Assembly (NCBI GenBank): GCA_964503995.1
Contig: CAZDCR010000002.1
Location: 1-59,343 of the forward strand
From: an uncultured Segnochrobactrum sp.
Lineage (GTDB): Bacteria > Pseudomonadota > Alphaproteobacteria > Rhizobiales > Segnochrobactraceae
Length of the DNA: 59,343 bases
Direction: 5' to 3'
Shown here one piece after another: positions 7,961 through 16,863 of this stretch (within the stretch, counting starts at the first letter, position 1; each line of letters begins with the position of its first letter). The notes under the pieces were generated by a model. That model searched no databases, was not told where the DNA came from, and was given only the letters and a program-made list of their open reading frames with translations. A program made the translations under genes and the position numbers.

Positions 7961-8881
7961 ATGGACATGTCCAAGAGCGCTGCCCGGCGTTCGCGCCGTC
8001 CGGCCGTCGAGTGGCCGACGGTCGGGGTCGCCGTTGCCATCTATGGTGCCTGGCTGCTTCTCACCATTTTCTGGGAAGCGATCCCGCTGTGGCTGCTGGT
8101 GCCGCTCGGGGCGTGGTTCGTCGCCTGGCAGTCCTCGCTGCAGCACGAGGCGATGCACGGCCATCCAACGCTGAACCGCCGGATCAACTCGGCCCTCGCC
8201 TGGCCGCCCCTGTCGCTCTGGCTGCCCTACCCCGTCTATCGGCTCCAGCACCTGCGCCACCACCGCGACGAACACCTGACCGATCCGCTGGAAGACCCCG
8301 AGTCGGCCTACTTCACGCCGGCAATGTGGGCGCGGATGCCGCGGCTGGTGCGCCTCGTCATGCGGTTCAACATGACGCTGGTCGGCCGGCTCACCATCGG
8401 CCCGGCGATCATGATCTTCTTCTTCCTCGCCGACGAGATGAAGCGCGTCCTCGCCGACGAGCCCGGCCGGCGGGCGATCTGGGCCTGGCACCTCGTCGGC
8501 GTCGCAGCGGTGCTCACCTGGGTGGTGGCGATCTGCGGGATGCCGCTGTGGCTCTATCTCGCCGGCTTCGTCTATGCCGGCACGGCGCTGACCCGGCTGC
8601 GCTCCTTCGCCGAGCACCGCTGGGCGGACCGGCCGGAAAAGCGCACCGCGATCGTCGAGAACGGCGGGTTGCTCGGGCTGCTCTATCTCAACAACAACCT
8701 GCACGTCCTCCACCACGTCCGCCCGGCGGTGGCGTGGTACCGGCTGCCGGCGCTCTACCGGGCGACGCGCAACCAGCTCGTGGCGCGAAATGGTGGCCTC
8801 GTCTATGACGGCTACCGTGACATCGTCCGCCGCTATCTTGTCGCCGAGCACGACGACCCGCTGCACCCCCGCGCCGGCTGA
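7961..8881 (+). CDS. Membrane fatty-acid desaturase/hydroxylase family protein
   Basis: Three His boxes HEAMH, QHLRHH and HVLHH, plus RSFAEH; TM segments. Confidence 0.9.
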   Translation: MDMSKSAARRSRRPAVEWPTVGVAVAIYGAWLLLTIFWEAIPLWLLVPLGAWFVAWQSSLQHEAMHGHPTLNRRINSALAWPPLSLWLPYPVYRLQHLRHHRDEHLTDPLEDPESAYFTPAMWARMPRLVRLVMRFNMTLVGRLTIGPAIMIFFFLADEMKRVLADEPGRRAIWAWHLVGVAAVLTWVVAICGMPLWLYLAGFVYAGTALTRLRSFAEHRWADRPEKRTAIVENGGLLGLLYLNNNLHVLHHVRPAVAWYRLPALYRATRNQLVARNGGLVYDGYRDIVRRYLVAEHDDPLHPRAG

Positions 8882-8977
8882 AGCGTCGGCGCTGGCTGAC
8901 CGGATGGCGCCAACTGACGCGACCGCGGCGGCTTGCGGCGGCGGACGGACATTCTCCACCCACAGCCGGAACGTGCC

Positions 8978-9799
8978 GTGAGCGCCCCGGAGCGCATCGC
9001 GGCGCTCGCCATGTACGACGCGCCGGCGGTGGTCGCCGCCGCCAACGATACCCTGTGGGCGGGCCTGCGCGACCGGCTCCGCACCGCGGAGATCGTCGGC
9101 GTACCGCACCGCCTGACGCGCGACGGGTCCTACGCAGACCCGTGGCTCGATCCGCGCCTGCTGCTGGCCCAGACCTGCGGCTTCCCCTATGTGCGCCACC
9201 TGCGCGGCCGGGTGCGACTGGTGGCGACGCCGGTCTACGGTTTTCCCGGCGGCAGCGGCGCAGAGCGGCGGAGCGTCGTCGTGGTGGCGGCCGGCGCTTC
9301 TTTCGCGCATGTCGCGGATCTCCGCGGGCGCCGCGCGGCGATCAACGATCCCGGCAGCAACTCCGGCGCCAACTTGCTCGCCGCGCTGGTGGCGCCGCTC
9401 GCGCGCGATGGTCGATTCTTCTCGTCGGTGACCGAGACCGGCGGCCACCGCGAGAGCCTCGCGGCGGTGGCCGCAGGACGGGCCGACGTCGCGGCGATCG
9501 ACAGCGTGACATTCGGACTGCTGGCGCGTCACGCGCCGGAGGAGGTCGCCGGCGTGCGGGCTCTCTGCGAGACGCCCGGCGGGCCGGGCCTGCCGCTGAT
9601 CACGCGGGGCGAGGCTACGGACGCGGAAGTGGCGGTGCTGCGGCAGGCGCTGGCGGGCGTGCTGGCGGAGCCGCGGTTTGAGGGGGCACGGGAGACGCTC
9701 GGGCTGGTCGGGATCGAGGTGCTTGGGGACGCGGAGTATGTGGTGCTTGCGCAGTACGCGGCAGATGCGGCGGCGCTCGGGTACCGGGAGCTGGCGTGA
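8978..9799 (+). CDS. PhnD/phosphonate-binding-fold protein without a signal peptide
   Basis: LAMYD, LLLAQTCGFP, AINDPGSNSG, TGGHRESL, ADVAAIDSVT motifs; no N-terminal hydrophobic stretch. Start approximate. Confidence 0.8.
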   Translation: MSAPERIAALAMYDAPAVVAAANDTLWAGLRDRLRTAEIVGVPHRLTRDGSYADPWLDPRLLLAQTCGFPYVRHLRGRVRLVATPVYGFPGGSGAERRSVVVVAAGASFAHVADLRGRRAAINDPGSNSGANLLAALVAPLARDGRFFSSVTETGGHRESLAAVAAGRADVAAIDSVTFGLLARHAPEEVAGVRALCETPGGPGLPLITRGEATDAEVAVLRQALAGVLAEPRFEGARETLGLVGIEVLGDAEYVVLAQYAADAAALGYRELA

Positions 9800-9810
9800 G
9801 CTGGCCTAGT

Positions 9811-10067
9811 CGGCGGTTGGATTGACGGGCCCCACCCTGAGCGCCTCCGGCGCTCTGTCCCTCCCCCCTGGCAGGGGAGGGACAGGCCGATACCGCGGCG
9901 CCCCTCGACGCCCAACCACCGGCGCGGGCAGGCCGCCGGCGCAGGCAAACCGTGGCGCGGGCAGACTGTGGCGCGGGCAGACGGCCAGCAATTGTTCGTC
10001 CCTCCCCTGCCAGGGGGAGGGACAGGCCGCGCAGCGGCCAGGGTGGGGCCTGTCAATCCAACCGCCG
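9811..10067. repeat. REP/RIME-like inverted doublet (about 70-75-bp arms) with internal tandem repeats
   Basis: Arms 9811-9885 and 9998-10067 are reverse complements (CGGCGGTTGGATTGACRGGCCCCACCCTG...GTCCCTCCCCCTGGCAGGGGAGGGAC). The spacer has four 16-17-bp units starting GGCGCRGGCA at 9921, 9938, 9954 and 9970. Confidence 0.85.
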
Positions 10068-10171
10068 GTGTTCGTGATCCGCGCCCAGTTCGCAACGCGC
10101 GCTCGGTACTTGAAGCGCCCGGTTCTTGCGGCGCGCCCGAGGCGCCCCCGCTCCTCCTGCGCCCGCGCCCC

Positions 10172-11257
10172 TCAATGCCGGTAAGGCACCCCGGTCGCGA
10201 TCCCCTCCGCCACCAGATCCCCGATCAGCGGGGCGAGCTTGAAGCCGTGGCCGGAGCAGGCGGAGATCACCGAGGCCTTCGCCCCGATCGGCTTCACCAC
10301 GAAGCTCTCGTCCTCCGTCACCGTGTAGAAGCAGGCCTTGCGCTCGAGGATCGTGTAGCGGTCGAAGCCGGTGAAGGCGAGGTCGGCGGCGGACAGGAGG
10401 CGGGCCACGTCGTCGTCGGTGGCCGTTCGGTCACCATCGGCATCGCCGGAGCGGGTGAAGGTGTGGTCACCCACCTTGAGGCGCGTCCCCGGCCGCGGCG
10501 GCAGCGTGTAGGTGCCGCTGTCGAGCCCCAGATCGAGGAAGATCGGCGCCGCCGCCCAGGCCGCCGCAAGCTCCGTCGGCGGGGCGAGGAACAGCACCGC
10601 CTGGCGCGACGGCACGGATCGGCCGCGGAGCTCCGGCACCAGCCGGTCCGCCCAGGCGCCGGCGGCGACGACCACATGGTCGCCGGCGAACACCTTGCCG
10701 CCGGCCACGGTGACCGTGCCCGCCTCAGGGTCCACCGCGTCCACCTTCGTCAGCGCGTGGAACACCACCCCCTGCCCCGCGAGGTGGACGACGAGGTCGG
10801 TGAGGATGCGGATCGGGAACAGCACGCCGGCGCCGCCGAACTCGACGGCGCGCGTCAGGCCGCCAGTGTTGATCATCGGATAGAGCGCCGCGATCGCGCT
10901 GACCGGCACCTCCCGCCACGGCACGCCCATCGCCTCGAGATCGACGATCGAGGCGCCGATCCACGGCGTCGGCTCGCGCTCGAGCACGATCGAGGGAAGC
11001 GGCGTCAGGTGGCAGGCGCCGATGTCGGCCCACAGCCGCTCGTAGAGGCGGAAGCATTCCGGCATCAGCCGGGCGTAGCGGTGCATCTCGCCATAGGCGT
11101 GGCGGGTGATGCGGTGCTCGTCGTGCGAGGTTGCCTTCGGGTTGGGGATCGGCCCCTGGTCGAAGACCTCGACCGCGAAGCCGCGCCGGACCAACCCCCA
11201 GGCGGTGCAGAGACCGGCGATGCCGGCGCCGACGACGAGAACCTTGCCCTTGGACAT
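10172..11257 (-). CDS. FAD-dependent oxidoreductase, monomeric sarcosine oxidase/SolA-like
   Basis: VVGAGIAG dinucleotide fold, ATSHDEHRITR, ACFYTVT (position of the flavinylated Cys), ACSGHGFKLAP. Confidence 0.85.
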   Translation of the reverse strand: MSKGKVLVVGAGIAGLCTAWGLVRRGFAVEVFDQGPIPNPKATSHDEHRITRHAYGEMHRYARLMPECFRLYERLWADIGACHLTPLPSIVLEREPTPWIGASIVDLEAMGVPWREVPVSAIAALYPMINTGGLTRAVEFGGAGVLFPIRILTDLVVHLAGQGVVFHALTKVDAVDPEAGTVTVAGGKVFAGDHVVVAAGAWADRLVPELRGRSVPSRQAVLFLAPPTELAAAWAAAPIFLDLGLDSGTYTLPPRPGTRLKVGDHTFTRSGDADGDRTATDDDVARLLSAADLAFTGFDRYTILERKACFYTVTEDESFVVKPIGAKASVISACSGHGFKLAPLIGDLVAEGIATGVPYRH

Positions 11258-11302
11258 GCGGGACCTTCGAGACGAACGAAAAGGAGAGTGTTGGCGGGCG
11301 GT

Positions 11303-12490
11303 TCAGGCTGCCGCGGCAGGCGCGGCGGCGACCCAGCCCTTGGCCGCCGCCCAATCGTCGGGCACGCCATCGAAGCGGTCGAGCCGGTACTTGTCGAGAT
11401 CAGTGAACGAGCAGCGGCCGTCGACGACGAGGTCTCGGATGGCGTGGCCCGTCGCCGGCGACAGCCCGAAGCCGACCGCCGACATCGTGCAGATCGTGAG
11501 GTTTTCCGGCGAGGAGAGCCGGTCGATCACCGGCCGGCCGTCCGGCGTGTTCTCGATCAGCCCGGCCCACGAGCGGATGACGCGCACGTGCGCGGCCTTC
11601 GGCAGGAGCTCGGCGAGGCGGCGGGCGAGATGGGCGGCGAGTGGCGTCGTCGGGCGCGACAGCGGCGCGCCGTCCGGCGGGAGGTCGATCCACTCGTGCG
11701 GGCCGCCGCCATAGGCGAGGTTGCCGCGCAGCGTCTGGCGGCCATAGAGGCCGTTGCCGTCGACGCCGCCGTGCGGCATCAGTGGCAGCGGCTCGGTGAC
11801 GATCATTTCCGCCCGCGCCACCGCCACCGGAAGGCGCACGCCGACGGTCGCGAGCAGCCGTCCGCCCTGCGGACCGGCGGCGACGACGACGTGGTCGCAT
11901 TCGATGAGGCCGGCCGCCGTCTCGACGCCCGTCACCTTGCCGCCTTTGGCGACCAGGCGGTGCACCGGCGTGTGCTGCAGGATGCGACCGCCGAGGTCCT
12001 GGATCGCCCAGGTATAGGCCTGGACGGTGCGCTGCGGGTTGGCGTGGCCGCCAACCTTCAGGTGGATGCCGCCGAGCGCGCTGTCGCCCGCGAGCGGCAC
12101 GCGCCGGCGCACCTCGTCGCCGTCGAGCGCCTCCCAGTCATAGCCGTGGCGGCCGACCTCCTCGCCCATCCGGAGATAGGCGTTGAGATGGTGCTCGGTA
12201 GTGGCGAAGATGATGCGCTCGCGGCGGTATTCGGTCGGGTAGCCGAGAAGTTCGTCCATCAGCGGCCAGAGCCGCTGCTCCTCGTGGAAGAGCGCGCTGT
12301 TGTAGTGGGTGCAGCCGCCGCCGTTGCGGCCGGACGCCTCCCAGCCGACGATGCCCTTGTCGACGACGAGGACGTCGACGCCCGAGCGGGCGAGCCACCA
12401 GGCGGCCGACAGGCCGCTGACGCCGCCGCCGACGACGACCACGGAGGCGCGCAGGGGAGCGTCCATTCGAGCATCCATCGGGCCGCTCAC
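11303..12490 (-). CDS. DAO-family FAD oxidoreductase (OoxB/HcnC/SoxB-like)
   Basis: VVGGGVSG, ASGRNGGG, RSWAGL, TPDGRPVI and GFGLSPATG motifs; GTG overlaps the upstream stop codon. Confidence 0.88.
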   Translation of the reverse strand: MSGPMDARMDAPLRASVVVVGGGVSGLSAAWWLARSGVDVLVVDKGIVGWEASGRNGGGCTHYNSALFHEEQRLWPLMDELLGYPTEYRRERIIFATTEHHLNAYLRMGEEVGRHGYDWEALDGDEVRRRVPLAGDSALGGIHLKVGGHANPQRTVQAYTWAIQDLGGRILQHTPVHRLVAKGGKVTGVETAAGLIECDHVVVAAGPQGGRLLATVGVRLPVAVARAEMIVTEPLPLMPHGGVDGNGLYGRQTLRGNLAYGGGPHEWIDLPPDGAPLSRPTTPLAAHLARRLAELLPKAAHVRVIRSWAGLIENTPDGRPVIDRLSSPENLTICTMSAVGFGLSPATGHAIRDLVVDGRCSFTDLDKYRLDRFDGVPDDWAAAKGWVAAAPAAAA

Positions 12491-14115
12491 ATGTGCATGG
12501 TGAACTCGATCAGCTCCTGCTCGCGCGGGGTGCCGATCGCGTCATAGGGGACCCACTGGGTGGGAATGCCGAACCAGACGTCCCACTCACCCTCCGAGGC
12601 GGCCGTCTCCGGCAGGGTCGCCAGCACGGCGAGCGGCAGCGGCCGCACCGGGGCGCGGTAGCCGGCGAGCGGGATGCCTTCCACCGGCACGCCGGCACCG
12701 ATCGCCATCACCATCGCCACCTGCTCGCGGCAGCGCCGGCCCTGGCAGGGGCCCATCGTCACGCGGGTGAGCCGCTTCATCTGGTCGTGGCTCGGCGTCC
12801 CCTCCCCGGCCATCCCCGACAGCGTCCGGCAGCGGTTCTCGGGGATGGTGGCGCCGAGATAGCGCGGCGGCTGCACGCCGACGAGTTCGGCGCGCGTCAC
12901 CTCCTCGCACGGGCAGACGAGCACGTCGGTGCCGCCGGTCGACAGCAGCGCCTCCATCCAGCGCCGACGGTGCGGCAACTGGTCGTCGCCGTCCGCGGAT
13001 GGCGGTGGAGCGGTGGACGCGGCGTCAACTTCGGGCGAGGTGGCTCCGCGCGCGGCGAGGACCGTGGCCGCGGCCCGACGGCCGTGCGCCGCCGCCTCCT
13101 CCGGGGTGGCGAGCCGGCGGCCGACGCCGGCACAGTCGCCGGCGACGAAGACCGACGGCAGCGAGGTCGAGACGCCGTCGGGGCTGTCCGGCACGAAGCC
13201 GCCGCGGCCACCGTCGAGCACGACTCGGACGCCGGCGGCGTCGAGGAGGTCGATGACCGGAACGCGGCCGACGGCCAGACAGATCGTGTCGCAGGCGATT
13301 GTCTCGTCCGGCACGGCACCGTCAACCGCCGCAACGACGGCCCCGGCGACGCCGAAGGGACCGCGCACGGCTGACCGCACGACCGAACCGGCAATGACGC
13401 GGACGCCCCGCTCGTTCAGCGCGGCAATGCGCCGGGGATCACCGAGCGCCGTCGGCGCCGCCTCGACGAGCGCCGCGACATCGAGGCCGCGGACGAGCGC
13501 GCTCTCGGCCGCCGTGAGCGCGAGGTCGTCGGAGCCGAGCACGACGAGGCGGCGGCCATCGAAGGCCTCGTAGCGCTCCAGCAATGCCGCCAGCGCAACG
13601 GCGCCGACGACCCCCGGCTGGTCGGCGCCGTCGAAGGAATAGACGAGATCGCGGGCGCCGGTGGCGACGACGAGCTGGTCGAAGCCGCAGAGCCACGCCG
13701 TCGCCTCGTCGGCGAGACCGACCACGGGGCCCGGCAGCGCGTGCAGGGCGTCGCCCTCGACAAAAACGCCCCACGCGGCGGTGCCGAGTGCCACGTCGAT
13801 GCCGAGCTCGAAGACCTCCGCGAGGTCCGGGTTGGTCGCCAGCATCTGCTCGAGCATGCGCTGCGGCGCACCGATCGAGGCGTCTGCGCGGCCGCCATAG
13901 AGCAGCGGCACGTCGAGGCCGACGAGACCCGGCGCGACGGGGTTCTCATCCACGAGCTTCACCGACAGCCCCGCCCGCGCCGCCTCCAGGGCGGCGGCGA
14001 GGCCGGCCGGGCCGGCGCCGATGACGACCACGTCGAAGCGCTCGCGCGGCGGCGCGAACTTGCCGACCTGAGAGCGGGGATCCTGTGCGGGCGGATGGGC
14101 TGCGCCGTCGTCCAT
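12487..14115 (-). CDS. OoxA/HcnB-like FAD/NAD(P) oxidoreductase with C-terminal BFD-like [2Fe-2S] region
   Basis: IGAGPAG, VVATGARD, VFVAGDCAG, VCPCEEVT, GPCQGRRC, RAPVRPLPL; TGATG coupling to the upstream gene. Confidence 0.87.
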   Translation of the reverse strand: MDDGAAHPPAQDPRSQVGKFAPPRERFDVVVIGAGPAGLAAALEAARAGLSVKLVDENPVAPGLVGLDVPLLYGGRADASIGAPQRMLEQMLATNPDLAEVFELGIDVALGTAAWGVFVEGDALHALPGPVVGLADEATAWLCGFDQLVVATGARDLVYSFDGADQPGVVGAVALAALLERYEAFDGRRLVVLGSDDLALTAAESALVRGLDVAALVEAAPTALGDPRRIAALNERGVRVIAGSVVRSAVRGPFGVAGAVVAAVDGAVPDETIACDTICLAVGRVPVIDLLDAAGVRVVLDGGRGGFVPDSPDGVSTSLPSVFVAGDCAGVGRRLATPEEAAAHGRRAAATVLAARGATSPEVDAASTAPPPSADGDDQLPHRRRWMEALLSTGGTDVLVCPCEEVTRAELVGVQPPRYLGATIPENRCRTLSGMAGEGTPSHDQMKRLTRVTMGPCQGRRCREQVAMVMAIGAGVPVEGIPLAGYRAPVRPLPLAVLATLPETAASEGEWDVWFGIPTQWVPYDAIGTPREQELIEFTMHM

Positions 14116-15365
14116 CAGATCGCCTCCAGCGCCGCGCCGAGGTCGGCGATCAGGTCGTCGACGTGCTCGATGCCGACCGACAGCCGCAGCGTCGCGTCGT
14201 TGATGCCGGCGGCCTCGCGGCGCTCGCGCGGAACCGCGTAGTGGGTGGTGGTCGCCGGGTGGCAGATCAGCGTCTCGGTGCCGCCGAGGCTGACGGCCAT
14301 CCGCAGCACGCGCAGCGCGTCGAGCATCCGGAACGCCTCCGCCTCGCCGCCGCGGATGCGGAACGAGAAGGTCGACCCGGCGCCCGAGCACTGCCGCTCG
14401 AAGGCGGCGCGGGCGCGGGTGCCGGCGGGCAGGAAGCCGAGGTAGGTGACGCTCGCAACCTTCGGATGGTCGCGCAGGAAAGTGGCGACGGCGAGCGCAT
14501 TCTCGGCCGCCCGCTCGGTGCGCAGGTGCATCGTCTCGAACGAGCGCAGCAAGAGCCACGATGTGTGGGCGTCGAGCGTCGAGCCGACGAGGGTGCGGAA
14601 CATCCTCAGGCGGGCAATGACGTCCGCCGACCCGCTGACACCGCCGGCCAGCAGGTCGCTGTGGCCGCCGGCGTACTTCGTCAGCGATGTCATGCAGAGG
14701 TCGGCGCCGTGGGCGAGCGGGCTCTGCACGAACGGCCCGAGGAAGGTGTTGTCGATGCCGACGAGCGGGCGGCGGCCCTGGCGGCGGCCGATGTCGTCGG
14801 CGACGGCGGCGAGAAGCGCGATGTCGGTGACGGCGGCGGTCGGGTTCGCCGGCGTCTCCGCCCAGACGAGGCCGACGGGTCCCGCCGCGATCGCAGCATC
14901 GGCCGCCGCTTCGATCGCCTCGCGGTCGGTTCCGTCGGAGAAGCCGAAGGCGCGGATGCCGAAGCGCGGCAGTTCCTGGTGCACGAAGGCGTCGGTGCCG
15001 CCGTAGATAGGCCGGCAATGCAGGAGCGTCTCGCCGGGCGACAGTTGCGTCAGCAGCACGGCGGTGATCGCCGCCATGCCGGTGGCGAAGGCCGCCGACG
15101 CCTCGGCGCCGTCGAGGGCGGCGAGCCGCGCCTCCACCATGTCGAGGTTGGGGTGACCGAGGCGTCCGTAGATGTGGCCACCGGCGCCGTTGTCGACGCC
15201 ATCGAAGAAGGCGACGTGCAGGTCCTTCGCCGCCTGCGCCGACGGGTAGACGAAGGTGGACGTCAGGTAGGCCGGTGGTTTGGCCGCGCCGTTGGCGGTG
15301 GCCGGGTCGTAGCCGTGGCCGACCGTCAGCGTCTCGCGGCGCACGGTGTCGTTGCGACGGCTCAT
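14115..15365 (-). CDS. PLP-dependent Cys/Met metabolism enzyme (cystathionine gamma-synthase/methionine gamma-lyase family)
   Basis: YGRLGHPN, ATGMAAI, ETPANPT, DNTF, SLTKYAGGHSD (PLP lysine), AVSLGGTETL, RLSVGIE. Confidence 0.92.
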   Translation of the reverse strand: MSRRNDTVRRETLTVGHGYDPATANGAAKPPAYLTSTFVYPSAQAAKDLHVAFFDGVDNGAGGHIYGRLGHPNLDMVEARLAALDGAEASAAFATGMAAITAVLLTQLSPGETLLHCRPIYGGTDAFVHQELPRFGIRAFGFSDGTDREAIEAAADAAIAAGPVGLVWAETPANPTAAVTDIALLAAVADDIGRRQGRRPLVGIDNTFLGPFVQSPLAHGADLCMTSLTKYAGGHSDLLAGGVSGSADVIARLRMFRTLVGSTLDAHTSWLLLRSFETMHLRTERAAENALAVATFLRDHPKVASVTYLGFLPAGTRARAAFERQCSGAGSTFSFRIRGGEAEAFRMLDALRVLRMAVSLGGTETLICHPATTTHYAVPRERREAAGINDATLRLSVGIEHVDDLIADLGAALEAI

Positions 15366-15414
15366 CGCGCCCACCCGCCGCTCGCGCCGACCGGCCCTCT
15401 CTTGCCCGCTTCGC

Positions 15415-16644
15415 TCACGCGACCTCGGCGACGCGCAAGGTGGGGCCACCGACGCGACTGCGGACCCGGCTGACGTACCAGTCGATGAAGCGCAGCACGA
15501 ACGCCTCCCCCTCCTGGGAATAGGGACCCGGCCGGTAGCCGCGGCCGTTGACGCCGCGCTGGTTCATCTCGGCGAGGTCGCGGTCCTGGCGGTTGGTGAC
15601 GTCCCATGTCTCCACCAGTCGGGCGAGATCGTAGTCGATCCCCTCCACCGCGTCTGCCCGCACCAGCCACTTGCCGACGACGTGCGTCTCCTCCGGCCCG
15701 ACCGGATAGGCGGAGAACGAGAAGACGTAGTCGCCGAGGCAGTGGGTGAAGTTGTGCGGCTCGCTGGCAAACCGGAACGAGCCGAGGTCGCCGTCGTCGA
15801 CGTCGATCAGCGGCTTTGCCACCGCCGGCTTGCCGTCGCGCGACATCGAGATCATGCCGTCGTTCAGCGGGAAGCGGGCGCACTGCCACCACGGGCCGTC
15901 GCGCGGGCCGACCGCGAGGCCATTCGCCTCCATGCGCTCGCAGTAAGCGCGCTGCCGCTCGCCCTCCTCCTGGGCAAACTTCGGGGTGATGCCGACGGGA
16001 AACGAGATGCCGAGCTCGGGATGGCAGGCGGCGCAGTGGTAGCACTCGCGGCCGTTCTCCATGACGAGCTTCCAGTTCGCCTTCTCGACCAGCGTCACCT
16101 CGTGCACGAGCTTCGTCTCGCGCAGCCTGAACGGCGAAAGCATCGGCTCGAGATCGGCGCGGAAGGCGGAAAAGTCCGGCGGCGTGTCGGCGATGCAGAC
16201 GTAGATCGCGCCGGCCACGGTCTCGACATGGATCGGCAGCAGCGCGTGGGCGGACGGGTCGAAGGTCTCGTCCATCAGCCGGGCCCGCATCAGGCTGCCG
16301 TCGAGCTCGTAGGTCCACTGGTGATAGGGACACGACAGCCGGGTCGCCTTGCCGTGGCCGTCCGGGCAGATCTGCGCGCCGCGGTGGCGGCAGGAGTTGA
16401 AGAAGCCACGGATCGTGCCTGTTCGGTCGCGGACGACGAGGATCGGCGTGCGCCCGATCGTCAGCGCCAGATAGGCGCCGGGCTTCGGCAGCTCGACCTC
16501 GAAGCCGACCATCAGCCAGCTCTCGCCGAAGATCGCCTCGACGTCGAAGGCGTAGAACTCCGGGTCGTTGTAGAATTCCTGGGGCAGCGTGTGCCCCGGC
16601 CGCCACGTGTCGAGACTGTCCCTGATCCGCCGATCGTCGCGCAT
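15415..16644 (-). CDS. Rieske non-heme iron oxygenase alpha subunit (GbcA/Stc2-like N-demethylase group)
   Basis: Rieske CRHRG...CPYHQW; mononuclear iron NWKLVMENGRECYHCAACHP; C-terminal TNRQD...NQRGV...YRPGPYS. Confidence 0.9.
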   Translation of the reverse strand: MRDDRRIRDSLDTWRPGHTLPQEFYNDPEFYAFDVEAIFGESWLMVGFEVELPKPGAYLALTIGRTPILVVRDRTGTIRGFFNSCRHRGAQICPDGHGKATRLSCPYHQWTYELDGSLMRARLMDETFDPSAHALLPIHVETVAGAIYVCIADTPPDFSAFRADLEPMLSPFRLRETKLVHEVTLVEKANWKLVMENGRECYHCAACHPELGISFPVGITPKFAQEEGERQRAYCERMEANGLAVGPRDGPWWQCARFPLNDGMISMSRDGKPAVAKPLIDVDDGDLGSFRFASEPHNFTHCLGDYVFSFSAYPVGPEETHVVGKWLVRADAVEGIDYDLARLVETWDVTNRQDRDLAEMNQRGVNGRGYRPGPYSQEGEAFVLRFIDWYVSRVRSRVGGPTLRVAEVA

Positions 16645-16697
16645 GCGAGGCCTCCGTCGCCTGCTGCCAGCTAGCACGGGCGATCGGGCCAAAGACA

Positions 16698-16759
16698 ATG
16701 TTGATTACTCATGCTCCAATTCGAAAAAAGCAATTGAGACGGGCGTGCGCAAACCTCAT
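16698..16759. promoter_or_regulatory. LysR-type T-N11-A boxes in the divergent promoter
   Basis: ATG-TTGATTACT-CAT (16698-16712) and GTGCG-CAAAC-CTCAT (16745-16759) in an AT-rich intergenic region between the LysR and Rieske genes. Confidence 0.5.
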
Positions 16760-16863
16760 CATCCCATGCAAGAACAAGATGGACTTTCCACGAGGGTGAC
16801 ACACCAGAGCCGCGCCGGGCGACACGCATCGCCGGCCGGCCCGCTGATCCAATCGAGGGGCGG

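Noticed and set aside
9921-9985. Four short repeats considered as a mini-CRISPR array
   Set aside because: Units are 10 bp with 6-7-bp similar spacers, far too short, and there are no cas genes; treated as a minisatellite.
6844-10067. Genomic island integrated at tRNA-Thr
   Set aside because: No integrase, no duplicated tRNA 3' end (attR) found, and no GC shift.
9968-12547. 859-aa + strand ORF and many similar long overlapping ORFs throughout the window
   Set aside because: Shadow frames of well-supported genes on the opposite strand; stop codons are scarce at ~70% GC.
14115-15018. Apparent 300-aa N-terminal extension of the OoxA-like ORF (843-aa call), and similar extensions on the ProV, HIT, RidA, EipB and UPF0126 ORFs
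   Set aside because: The extensions are off-frame reads through neighbouring genes. Real starts are marked by RBSs or stop/start overlaps, and I saw no slippery site suggesting programmed frameshifting.
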